Source: Chitinophaga pinensis
GTDB lineage: Bacteria > Bacteroidota > Bacteroidia > NS11-12g > UBA9320
DNA: 64,000 nucleotides
Assembly: GCA_945889315.1 (NCBI GenBank)
Contig: CAMDBP010000002.1
Location: 11,466 to 75,465 of the forward strand
Direction of reading: 5' to 3'
Below, one piece after another: positions 39,815-48,096 of this stretch. The first letter of the stretch is position 1. Each line of letters begins with the position of its first letter. The notes under the pieces were generated by a model. That model had not been told where the DNA came from. It searched no databases and saw only the letters and a list, made by a program, of their open reading frames with translations. The position numbers and the translations under genes are program-made.

Positions 39815-40264
39815 ATGAAAGCGTTATCCCTGAGTATAATAGGTATACATGAGGAGATAAACTTACCTCACGTTGATATTTCTAAACTTAAGTCAAAAAC
39901 CGATACTGGTGCGTATAACAGTGCTATTGATTGTTGTTACGCGGAAGAACGAGAAGCGACTGATGGACAACCTGTTTTAGTCTTTATTCTTCTTAACCAA
40001 AATCACCCCCAATACACCGGGAAAGAATATACCACATCTTCATTTAAAACTAAAAAAGTGCGTAGTTCAAATGGTATTGTATCCAATCGTTACCAAGTTA
40101 AAATGGATGTCGAAATAAATGGTCAACGTTTTCGGACCACATTTAATTTAAGCAATCGTTCAAAGATGCGTTTTCCAACGCTCTTAGGCAGAAAACTCTT
40201 AGCCAACCGATTTATAGTGGATGTTACCAAAAATAGAAACCCTAAAAAAACTCAACCCATTTAA
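39815..40264 (+). CDS. RimB-like retropepsin-fold protein (the 'putative ATP-dependent zinc protease' family)
   Basis: 149 aa from the ATG at 39815 (the track starts at 39776). 'LPHVDISKLKSKTDTGAYNSAI...RFPTLLGRKLL...FIVD' has an intact D-T-G-A catalytic-type motif. Confidence 0.6.
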   Translation: MKALSLSIIGIHEEINLPHVDISKLKSKTDTGAYNSAIDCCYAEEREATDGQPVLVFILLNQNHPQYTGKEYTTSSFKTKKVRSSNGIVSNRYQVKMDVEINGQRFRTTFNLSNRSKMRFPTLLGRKLLANRFIVDVTKNRNPKKTQPI

Positions 40265-40312
40265 ACGAAGTTATTCTGATTCTTACTCCCCAATAGAGGC
40301 GGAAAAAATATA

Positions 40313-40800
40313 CTAAACTAGGTTAAAACGCCCATCTTTGAGTGTAGAAATCCGATCGCAGAAAGTTAACTCTTCCTCTTTACGTGTAATGAGGATAGTT
40401 GTTTTACCTTCTTTTTTCTGGTTTGTTCTCTGGAGTAGGTATCTAAAAACGCTACATTACTTAGCACAGAGTCGTTCAGCATGAACACCTCTTGTTCTAC
40501 ATATGAAAATAGAAAACGGGAGGCAGCATAATTTTCTGGTTCTAGCTTTTTCCCGTCAATCAAAATATCGCCTCGTTTAGGTAGTATAAGAGCAGAAAAA
40601 ATATTAACTGCTGTCGGTTTTCCTGAACATCGAACAAAAAGGACGTAAAAAAATTAAGCTGATTAAATTCTGGCTTCAGGATAGAAAGCACGGTGTGTAA
40701 GAGTATGGAGATACCTAAAATTTGAACAAAGCTGTACATAAGCTGAGGGCAACCATAATCGAGAATTTCTTTTTCTGCGAATGGATAAAGACTGCACACA
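40313..40800 (-). pseudogene. Relic of an ABC exporter (end of the TMD plus a nucleotide-binding domain with internal deletions and frameshifts)
   Basis: Three minus-strand frames carry consecutive pieces. They are 'PEFNQLNFF', a degenerate Walker A 'VRCSGKPT...LPKRGDILIDGKKLE...FSYVEQEVFMLNDSVLSNVAF', then 'GKTTILITRKEEELTFCDRISTLKDGRFNLV*' with the stop at 40313-40315. The LSGGQ signature and Walker B are missing. Track ORFs 40366..40563 and 40560..40799 are fragments of this relic. Confidence 0.7.
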
Positions 40801-40842
40801 GTTTTTGCCGAACACTAGATAACGCTTTTATCTTAGTCCTTT

Positions 40843-41646
40843 CTACTTTGCCAACACCTCTATCTCAACGAGTATAGGTGTATAGCCTGGAATTGTCGTA
40901 TTGCCATTAGAACCAAACGCCTGGTCAGAAGGAAGTATTGCTCGTACACTCTCTCCTACGGCTAAATTAGCCATTAAAAAATGAATGCCTGGAAGTAGGT
41001 TTGCGTCCTGTGGATTGTAGATATAGGGTTTCCCCACTTGCGTCCCTGCAAATACATATTCGTTTAACGATTTTATTACAAATGAGATCTCTTTTTTGTC
41101 TGAGGTCCCTCGAGGTTTGTCATTCGTTTTTAGACGTTCAAAGTAGATAAGCGTGTTACTATCTCTTGTCGCATTCCACTTATTTTGTTGGATGTATCTG
41201 CTCATCATTTCGCTTTCAAATAATTTTTTATACGCAATATGGCCCATGTCATCTAACATATCCCGCATCCAAATTTTAATCTTTAACACTTCATTTACGC
41301 CTAAATTCTCTGGAACAGCTCCACCTAAACCCGTATAAAATTCATTAGCTGGTAGCTTCAGTTCTAGACTATCTCCTTTGCAAGTTTGGCTCAGTAATTT
41401 ATAAAAAACAGTTGTGGTATCTAACATCAGTCTATGCAGCTCCAATTTTCGATGCAATGCATTTGTGTTAAGATATAAGCTATCTGAAGCATTTGTAGCT
41501 TGTACATCAAGTAACCAATGATTTTTAACTCTCTCGCTACACGCTTCACCGCCCCGCCAAAATTCTATATTCCCTTCTTTTTTGAACGTCTTTCCACAAC
41601 TGCTTACTATAAAGCACAGAAAGCTAATGATAATTGCATGCTTCAT
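40843..41646 (-). CDS. FKBP-type peptidyl-prolyl isomerase lipoprotein (possibly GldI-like)
   Basis: Lipobox 'IVSSCGK'. The C-terminal FKBP-like segment is 'LPGIHFLMANLAVGESVRAILPSDQAFGSNGNTTIPGYTPILVEIEVL'. Confidence 0.6.
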   Translation of the reverse strand: MKHAIIISFLCFIVSSCGKTFKKEGNIEFWRGGEACSERVKNHWLLDVQATNASDSLYLNTNALHRKLELHRLMLDTTTVFYKLLSQTCKGDSLELKLPANEFYTGLGGAVPENLGVNEVLKIKIWMRDMLDDMGHIAYKKLFESEMMSRYIQQNKWNATRDSNTLIYFERLKTNDKPRGTSDKKEISFVIKSLNEYVFAGTQVGKPYIYNPQDANLLPGIHFLMANLAVGESVRAILPSDQAFGSNGNTTIPGYTPILVEIEVLAK

Positions 41647-42653
41647 CCTAGGTAGTTTTTGTAATTTTTTATGGACTCTTTGAACTTTTCTATTGTTTTT
41701 TTCAAGCCTTCTTGACTTGCCCCGCCTGCAGCATTTTTATGACCTCCACCTTTAAAATACTTCGCACTAAACTCATTACAGGGAAATACATCGGTACTTC
41801 TAAAACTCATTTTTACTAAATATCCTCTATCAATAATCAAGGCGCTTAACTGAACACCTTTAATACCCAAACCATAATTTACAAAACCCTCAGTATCTCC
41901 CGTTACCACGTTATATTGAGCAAGTTCTGCTTCTGTTAGGTGAGCAAGAGCAACGGTCCCATCTTCAATAAGTTCTATTTTGTTCGCTAAAAAGTATCCT
42001 AATAATTGCAGCCGGTCTAGTCTATTTTGGTCGAAAAGATTGTTGTATATTCTGGCGGGAACCACTCCTAAATCCATCAGGTCGGCAGCTGTTCGTATGG
42101 TATTACTCGTTGTGCTACCATATCTGAACGAACCGGTATCTGTTATTAAACCTGTGTAAATACACTCCCCCATTTCTTTTGTCATAAAGGACACATCTAG
42201 GTGTTTTTTTACATAATTTATGATTAGTTCGCAGGTAGAACTAGCTCCTATTTCTAAGTAGCGTTCATCGTCGAAATCTTGTGGGTCTTGGTGATGATCA
42301 ATCATTACTTTTTTTGCAGAACTAGCTGCTACATTCTCTCCCATCTCATTTATTCTATCTAATGAATTAAAATCAAGGCAAAAAATGTACGCTGCTCCTG
42401 AAATTAATTGTTGGCTAATTTCTTTGTGTTCGTCGTATATAATTACATTCTCATTTGCAGGTAACCAGTGTAAAAAATCTGCATAATCTGTAGGCGTAAT
42501 GACCTGAGATTCTATTCCCCCTGCTTTTAAATAATGATACAAACCCAAGCTAGACCCCATGGCATCACCATCAGGTTTATGGTGAGTGGTAATGATAATT
42601 TTCCCCGATTGTCTTTTTAAATCTTGTAAAGAATGGATTATGGTATCTTGCAC
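41643..42653 (-). CDS. nrnA: DHH-family phosphoesterase (NrnA-like oligoribonuclease/pAp phosphatase)
   Basis: Motifs 'HHKPDGDAMGS', 'DHHQD' and 'GGGHKNAAGG' (DHH/DHHA1). Confidence 0.75.
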   Translation of the reverse strand: MQDTIIHSLQDLKRQSGKIIITTHHKPDGDAMGSSLGLYHYLKAGGIESQVITPTDYADFLHWLPANENVIIYDEHKEISQQLISGAAYIFCLDFNSLDRINEMGENVAASSAKKVMIDHHQDPQDFDDERYLEIGASSTCELIINYVKKHLDVSFMTKEMGECIYTGLITDTGSFRYGSTTSNTIRTAADLMDLGVVPARIYNNLFDQNRLDRLQLLGYFLANKIELIEDGTVALAHLTEAELAQYNVVTGDTEGFVNYGLGIKGVQLSALIIDRGYLVKMSFRSTDVFPCNEFSAKYFKGGGHKNAAGGASQEGLKKTIEKFKESIKNYKNYLG

Positions 42654-42697
42654 GTTTTAATTTTGTCACAAAACTCGTTAAAAGAAAAGGATAATTC

Positions 42698-42705
42698 TAT
42701 TTTTG
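42698..42705 (+). promoter_or_regulatory. -7 promoter box (TATTTTTG) for ndk
   Basis: Exact TAnnTTTG, 23 nt upstream of the ATG at 42729. Confidence 0.5.
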
Positions 42706-42728
42706 CCCCTGTAATTCAATAAAAAAAA

Positions 42729-43145
42729 ATGTCAAACATCACGTTTACAATGATCAAACCAGATGCCGTAGCAAACGGGCACACTGGAAAAGTAATTAAC
42801 GATATCATAGAAGGAGGTTTCTCTATAAAAGCTATGAAATATCTTCACTTGTCTAAAGAAAAAGCAGAAGCTTTTTACGGTATTCACCGTGAGCGTCCAT
42901 TTTTTAATGACTTAGTTAGCTTTATGACTTCTGGTCCTATCGTAGCAGCTGTGTTAACTAAAGAAAATGCGGTAGCAGACTTTAGAACACTAATTGGAGC
43001 TACCAACCCAGCAGATGCTGCTGAGGGTACTATTAGAGCAAAGTATGCTGTGTCTATAGACGCAAACGCAATACACGGAAGCGATAGCGATGAGAATGCA
43101 GCTGGAGAAGCTTCTTTCTTCTTCTCTGCTTTCGAAATGTTCTAA
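42729..43145 (+). CDS. ndk: Nucleoside-diphosphate kinase
   Basis: '[10 protein letters not shown]' and active-site 'NAIHGSDS'. Confidence 0.95.
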   Translation: MSNITFTMIKPDAVANGHTGKVINDIIEGGFSIKAMKYLHLSKEKAEAFYGIHRERPFFNDLVSFMTSGPIVAAVLTKENAVADFRTLIGATNPADAAEGTIRAKYAVSIDANAIHGSDSDENAAGEASFFFSAFEMF

Positions 43146-43163
43146 AAAAACAAACCAATAGAT

Positions 43164-43200
43164 AACCCGACCGATTCCGTTGGTCGGGTTATTTTTATTT
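43164..43200 (+). terminator. Rho-independent terminator after ndk
   Basis: Stem AACCCGACC (43164-43172) / GGTCGGGTT (43182-43190) followed by a T-rich tail. Confidence 0.85.
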
Positions 43201-43326
43201 TTGATGGTGAAATAAAATCCTCACCGCAATAATTTACTAATTTAGTGCCTTAATAGTAAGAGTTAACGCGTTGGTACACATAAATCGCACCCACTACTTA
43301 ACTCTATTATACTCCAAGCATATACC

Positions 43327-45408
43327 ATGAAATTAAAAAATATATTTTTTGTCGTAGCTCCATTCCTCTTTGTAGCCACTGGATTTTACATGAAAGCTCA
43401 AGACGAAAGTGAGTCGATTTTAGTCCAAGCAATTAACATGAGTTTACAAGGCGCACACTATGATCCGCCTGTGGTAGATGATGCCTTTTCTCAAAAAGCT
43501 TTTGATTTATACCTTAAAAACATTGACGGTAACAAGCGTCTACTTCTAGCCTCAGATACTGTTCAACTGGTTGATTATCGCAATGAAATAGACAACGAGA
43601 TAAACGACGGAACATATAAACTTTTTGACCTTTCATTGGAATTAATCCAAAAACAAACCAAGGTAACTGAGGGATATTTTGAGGATATTCTGGCAAAGCC
43701 ATTTAGCTTTACAGAGAATGAAGAAGTAAATCTTGGAGAAGACATGCCCTTTGCCAAAGATGAAACAGAATTGCGAGATCGTTGGAGAAAATACCTTAAA
43801 TATAGTGTTCTTTCCCGCCTACACGATGATATCATCGCTCAAGAAAAGGCAAAAGAAAGAGGTGATACTATTTTTACACCAAAGTCATATGATTCTCTGG
43901 AGTATAACGCTCGACAAAATGTGCTAAAAACACACCGAGATTGGTACAAAAGATTAAATCGTCTAGATCGCAAGGACCGCCTTGCGCTATATATAAATAG
44001 TATAACAGCGGTATACGATCCACACACTAACTATTTCCCACCCGAGCAGAAAGAGGATTTTGACATTCAAATGAGCGGTCACCTTGAAGGTATTGGCGCT
44101 CAGTTGCAAGAAAAAGATGGCTATATTAAAATAACGAATATAATTCCTGGTGGTCCTTCATCACTTCAAGGTGAACTCATGGCGAATGACCTTATTTTGA
44201 AAGTAAAACAAGAAGGAGGCGAACCTGTAGAAATAATAGATTGGAGAATAAATGATGCCGTAAAAATTATACGTGGGAAAAAAGGAACCAAGGTGACACT
44301 TACCGTTCGCAAACCTGATGGTTCTGTTAAAAATATAACGATTACCCGTGATGTGGTAGTTTTGGAAGAGACCTACGCCAAATCACTTGTTTTAAATGAT
44401 CAAGATAATGTAAAAACAGGTTACATCTACTTACCTACATTCTATGCTGATTTTCAAAATCCTAGAGGAAGATTTAGCTGGAAAGATGTAAAAGTAGAAG
44501 TAGAAAAACTAAAAGCCACGGGTGTAAAAGGAATAATATTAGATCTACGAAATAACGGCGGTGGATCCTTAGATGACGTTGTAAAAATGGGCGGACTTTT
44601 TATAGACGAAGGACCTATTGTACAAGTAAAAGAAAAAGGAAGGCAAGCCCAACTGCTTGAAGACAGAAACCCAGGTGCCGAATGGGATGGCGCACTTGTG
44701 ATTATGATTAATGAATTTAGTGCCTCAGCCTCTGAAATTATGGCTGCTGCAATGCAAGATTATGGTAGAGCCGTAATTGTAGGTTCAGCCTCATCACATG
44801 GCAAAGGAACTGTTCAACGTTTTCTTAATCTGAATCAAACCCTACGCAATAAAAACCTTCCAGACTTAGGTAGTGTAAAACTAACTATTCAAAAGTTTTA
44901 TAGAATAAACGGAGATGCCACACAACTTAAAGGCGTAAGCTCTGACGTAGTATTACCTGACAACTACATGTATATAAAATCAGGCGAAAACGAAAATGAC
45001 TATGCTATGGCTTGGGACCAAATTTCAAGTTCTAAATATGAAATAGTCAAGTTGGATGCACGTAATAAAGCGATTAAGAAAAGTCAAGTAAGAGTTAAGA
45101 AAAACGAAACTTTTAATTTGATTGAGGAAAATGCTCGACGCTGGGAGGAACAGCGCGACATCAACATTTTCCCATTAAGCTTAGAAGCCTACAAGGCACA
45201 AGAAGTAAAAGAGAAAAAAGAAGGAGAAAAATATGAGGCACTTAATACCATTGTAATGAATGGATTTGTAGTGCGCAACATACCCTCTGATTTAGCCTTG
45301 ATTAAAGGTGAGGCCTCTCGTGTAAAACGCAACGAAGAATGGATTAAAAGCATCGCCAAAGATCCTTATGTATACGAGGCCTTGCAAATTATTGAAGACT
45401 TAAATTAA
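43327..45408 (+). CDS. Carboxy-terminal processing (tail-specific) peptidase, S41 family
   Basis: 693 aa with a signal peptide, a PDZ segment, and catalytic region 'LDLRNNGGGS...NEFSASASEI...K'. Confidence 0.85.
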   Translation: MKLKNIFFVVAPFLFVATGFYMKAQDESESILVQAINMSLQGAHYDPPVVDDAFSQKAFDLYLKNIDGNKRLLLASDTVQLVDYRNEIDNEINDGTYKLFDLSLELIQKQTKVTEGYFEDILAKPFSFTENEEVNLGEDMPFAKDETELRDRWRKYLKYSVLSRLHDDIIAQEKAKERGDTIFTPKSYDSLEYNARQNVLKTHRDWYKRLNRLDRKDRLALYINSITAVYDPHTNYFPPEQKEDFDIQMSGHLEGIGAQLQEKDGYIKITNIIPGGPSSLQGELMANDLILKVKQEGGEPVEIIDWRINDAVKIIRGKKGTKVTLTVRKPDGSVKNITITRDVVVLEETYAKSLVLNDQDNVKTGYIYLPTFYADFQNPRGRFSWKDVKVEVEKLKATGVKGIILDLRNNGGGSLDDVVKMGGLFIDEGPIVQVKEKGRQAQLLEDRNPGAEWDGALVIMINEFSASASEIMAAAMQDYGRAVIVGSASSHGKGTVQRFLNLNQTLRNKNLPDLGSVKLTIQKFYRINGDATQLKGVSSDVVLPDNYMYIKSGENENDYAMAWDQISSSKYEIVKLDARNKAIKKSQVRVKKNETFNLIEENARRWEEQRDINIFPLSLEAYKAQEVKEKKEGEKYEALNTIVMNGFVVRNIPSDLALIKGEASRVKRNEEWIKSIAKDPYVYEALQIIEDLN

Positions 45409-45423
45409 ACCCTAAAAAGAGTT

Positions 45424-45456
45424 AAAAAAACCCAAGTCGACGCTTGGGTTTTTTTT
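45424..45456. terminator. Rho-independent terminator (A-run / hairpin / T-run)
   Basis: ACCCAAG (45430-45436) / CTTGGGT (45443-45449), flanked by A7 and T8. Confidence 0.8.
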
Positions 45457-45525
45457 GAATCATTTTTTAAGCAGCTAATATGCTTCGCACAAAAACCTTT
45501 CTTCAAACTATTTTGTTTTTTACCT

Positions 45526-46194
45526 ATGATAAAAAGAGTACTAATACTAGGTGGCAATACAGGAATAGGAGCCGAATTAAATGCACAATTACAAGCAGAC
45601 GGTATAGAAACCATTATCGCCAGTAAGTCAACCGGGCTAGATGTAACCGAAGCAGAGCCTAATTTTCCTTTGATAGAAGGAAGTATTGATGCGTTGGTTT
45701 ATTGCCCAGGAAGTATAAACTTAAAGCCATTCAAATCACTGAAAGTATCCGATTTTGAAAATGATCTTGCTATAAATTACCTTGGCGCTGTAAAAGCTAT
45801 TCAGCACTACTTAGATCATTTAAAAGAAGCTGAAAATCCGTCAATTCTAATGTTTAGCACCGTTGCGGTTCAAAAAGGAATGCCTTTTCACAGCAGTATA
45901 AGTGGCGCAAAAGGAGCTGTAGAAGGCCTAACCAAAGCCCTAGCAGCGGAGTTTGCACCCACCATCCGTGTAAACTGCATAGCGCCCAGTCTTACCAACA
46001 CCCCGTTGGCCATAAAATTACTTAGAAATGAGAAGCAAATTGAAGGAGCAGAGGCTAGGCACCCGCTTAAAAAAATAGGCGAAGCAAACGATATAGCCGC
46101 AATGGCCAAGTTTCTTATTTCCGATTCTGCTAAGTGGATTACGGGTCAAATAATTGGTATAGACGGTGGTATGAGCACACTAGCTAGCTCGTAA
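45526..46194 (+). CDS. Short-chain dehydrogenase/reductase family protein, atypical (catalytic Tyr apparently replaced)
   Basis: Rossmann motif 'LGGNTGIG', 'NYLGAV' and 'STVA'. Where classical SDRs have Y-x-x-x-K, this protein reads 'S-I-S-G-A-K'. Confidence 0.7.
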   Translation: MIKRVLILGGNTGIGAELNAQLQADGIETIIASKSTGLDVTEAEPNFPLIEGSIDALVYCPGSINLKPFKSLKVSDFENDLAINYLGAVKAIQHYLDHLKEAENPSILMFSTVAVQKGMPFHSSISGAKGAVEGLTKALAAEFAPTIRVNCIAPSLTNTPLAIKLLRNEKQIEGAEARHPLKKIGEANDIAAMAKFLISDSAKWITGQIIGIDGGMSTLASS

Positions 46195-46218
46195 CTATAA
46201 GCTTAATACATTGTTGAA

Positions 46219-46356
46219 TTGGCACATCATAAGTTAAATCTTCCAAGCAAAATTTGTGTGGCATGTAATCTTCCTTTTGTGTGGCGTAAGAAATGGGAGA
46301 AAAATTGGACTGAAGTAAAGTACTGTAGTGAGCGTTGTAGAAGAACTAAAAAATAA
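46219..46356 (+). CDS. DUF2256 small zinc-ribbon protein (not in the supplied ORF track)
   Basis: TTG start. The 45-aa translation is '[45 protein letters not shown]'. It has CxxC...CxxxC, and the 'F.WRKKW...[10 protein letters not shown]' string is characteristic of DUF2256. Confidence 0.7.
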   Translation: MAHHKLNLPSKICVACNLPFVWRKKWEKNWTEVKYCSERCRRTKK

Positions 46357-47548
46357 AAGCATTGTCCATTGGTTTAGAAAAGACCAACGGGTAAACGATC
46401 ATGCCATTTTTTCAAATCTTGGCTTATTTTCAACCATCACTGCATTTTATGTGCATGAAAAAGAAATAGAATCGGTGTTCAATTTGGGATTTCCAAAAAT
46501 CGGAAATCACCGTAAATTATTTTTGGAACAATCCCTCCAAGAATTGCGAGACTCTTTAAGTTCTTTACATGTTCAACTTCATGTATTTAAAACTGTGGAG
46601 GAATTAATAGCAAGCACTGTGTTAAATACCGAAGTGCTCAGTTACCAGAAACTTTATGGCACAGAGGAACTAAGTATCGAGCAATCAATAACATCTATTT
46701 TTAAGGGAACAACCTACGTATTTGATGATTTTACGCTAGTCGATAAAAACAACTTACCATTTACGCTGGATAATATGCCGTCCGTATTTACGCAATTTAA
46801 AAATGCTGTAGGTGCTGAAGGAGCGTATCAAGAAACCATACAATTACCCTTGCTTCCAACTGTAAGTACAACCTATAACCTGGTTGGCGGCGAGACTCAA
46901 GCGTTAAACAGGTTAACATACTACTTTACGGAATCTCAGCTTCTATCTACGTACGAAGTAACTAGAAACGGAATGTTGGGCACAGACTTTTCGAGTAGAT
47001 TATCTCCTTGGCTCGCCATAGGTAACATAACACCACGTACTATTTTTGATTATATAGTGCGATACGAAGAAGAAATAGAATCTAATAAATCAACGTATTG
47101 GCTTATTTATGAATTACTGTGGAGAGATTTTTTTCAATTACAACTGCAATTATGGGGATCGTTATTTTTTCAAGTAGGTGGCATTCAGCAAAAACAAATA
47201 CGGTACACCAGCAACACGGCAGCATTTGAAAAATGGATGCAAGGTACTACTGGCGATGACTTAGTTGATGCTAATATGCGTGAGTTAAATACTACAGGCT
47301 GGATGAGTAATAGAGGAAGACAGAATACGGCTAGCTTTCTGATACACGATTTAAAACAAGATTGGCGATGGGGTGCAGCTTATTTTGAAAGCGCATTGGT
47401 AGATTATGATCCCGCAAGTAACTGGGGAAATTGGATGTATATCGCTGGAGTTGGTCACGATGCTAGACCATTCAGAAAATTCAACACAAAATTACAAGCT
47501 GAACGCTATGATATCGAAGGTACCTATAGAAAACTATGGCTAAAATAG
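46328..47548 (+). CDS. DASH-family cryptochrome
   Basis: GTG start. '[13 protein letters not shown]' and the FAD-binding region '[57 protein letters not shown]' fit the family. Confidence 0.8.
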   Translation: MSVVEELKNKSIVHWFRKDQRVNDHAIFSNLGLFSTITAFYVHEKEIESVFNLGFPKIGNHRKLFLEQSLQELRDSLSSLHVQLHVFKTVEELIASTVLNTEVLSYQKLYGTEELSIEQSITSIFKGTTYVFDDFTLVDKNNLPFTLDNMPSVFTQFKNAVGAEGAYQETIQLPLLPTVSTTYNLVGGETQALNRLTYYFTESQLLSTYEVTRNGMLGTDFSSRLSPWLAIGNITPRTIFDYIVRYEEEIESNKSTYWLIYELLWRDFFQLQLQLWGSLFFQVGGIQQKQIRYTSNTAAFEKWMQGTTGDDLVDANMRELNTTGWMSNRGRQNTASFLIHDLKQDWRWGAAYFESALVDYDPASNWGNWMYIAGVGHDARPFRKFNTKLQAERYDIEGTYRKLWLK

Positions 47549-48096
47549 TTGGCATAGACTATGGTGCTAAAATGAGCGGTAATACTGTATTAGCTCATTA
47601 CACTAATGACCAAGTCTCCTTTTGTCAAGTAGATAAAAAAAAAGATGCTGATGCTTGGCTCCGAAATGAGTTGATATTTCTGCATGCTGATATTGTCTAT
47701 TTAGATGCTCCTTTAAGTTTACCGGCGGCGTATTATAATAATGGGGACAGCTATCATTATCGAGAAGCAGATAAATTAACACGTGCTATGTCACCTATGT
47801 TTTTAGGCGGATTAACTGCTAGAGCGATGAGTCTTAAACATGCTTTAAAATCATTAACCTTTCACGAGATATACCCTGCTTTCTTCCAATCTGAAATAGT
47901 GCAAAGTGTTCATTATAAAGTAGATATACATTTATTTATAGCTGAATTACACCATAAAGAACGTTTTGTTTTAGCCCAACAACCTCAAAATTGGCATCAA
48001 GTAGACGCGCTTATTGCCCTGCTTATTGGGACTCGACACCAAGAGAACAGACATCAAGAAATAGGAAATCCCGCTGAAGGAATTATTATAATATGA
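47536..48096 (+). CDS. RNase H-fold predicted nuclease (DUF429 / YqgF-like)
   Basis: 186 aa. The N-terminal '[17 protein letters not shown]' is like RuvX/YqgF 'G.D.G....G.A'. A second acidic motif 'VYLDAPLSLP' is typical of DUF429. It overlaps the cry-DASH gene by 13 nt and the next gene by 4 nt. Confidence 0.55.
   Translation: MAKIVGIDYGAKMSGNTVLAHYTNDQVSFCQVDKKKDADAWLRNELIFLHADIVYLDAPLSLPAAYYNNGDSYHYREADKLTRAMSPMFLGGLTARAMSLKHALKSLTFHEIYPAFFQSEIVQSVHYKVDIHLFIAELHHKERFVLAQQPQNWHQVDALIALLIGTRHQENRHQEIGNPAEGIIII

Noticed and set aside
40366-40799. Track ORFs 40366..40563 and 40560..40799 as independent small genes
   Set aside because: Their translations are consecutive fragments of one ABC-exporter nucleotide-binding domain in different frames. 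I treat them as a pseudogene relic instead.
42721-42729. A9 run immediately upstream of, and including the first base of, the ndk ATG as a slippage or phase-variation tract
   Set aside because: It lies in the 5' leader, not in coding sequence. A-rich leaders are the normal translation-initiation context in Bacteroidota, which lack Shine-Dalgarno sites.
45405-45614. 69-aa minus-strand ORF between the S41 peptidase and SDR genes
   Set aside because: It spans the terminator hairpin and the SDR start region, and no supporting signals are present.
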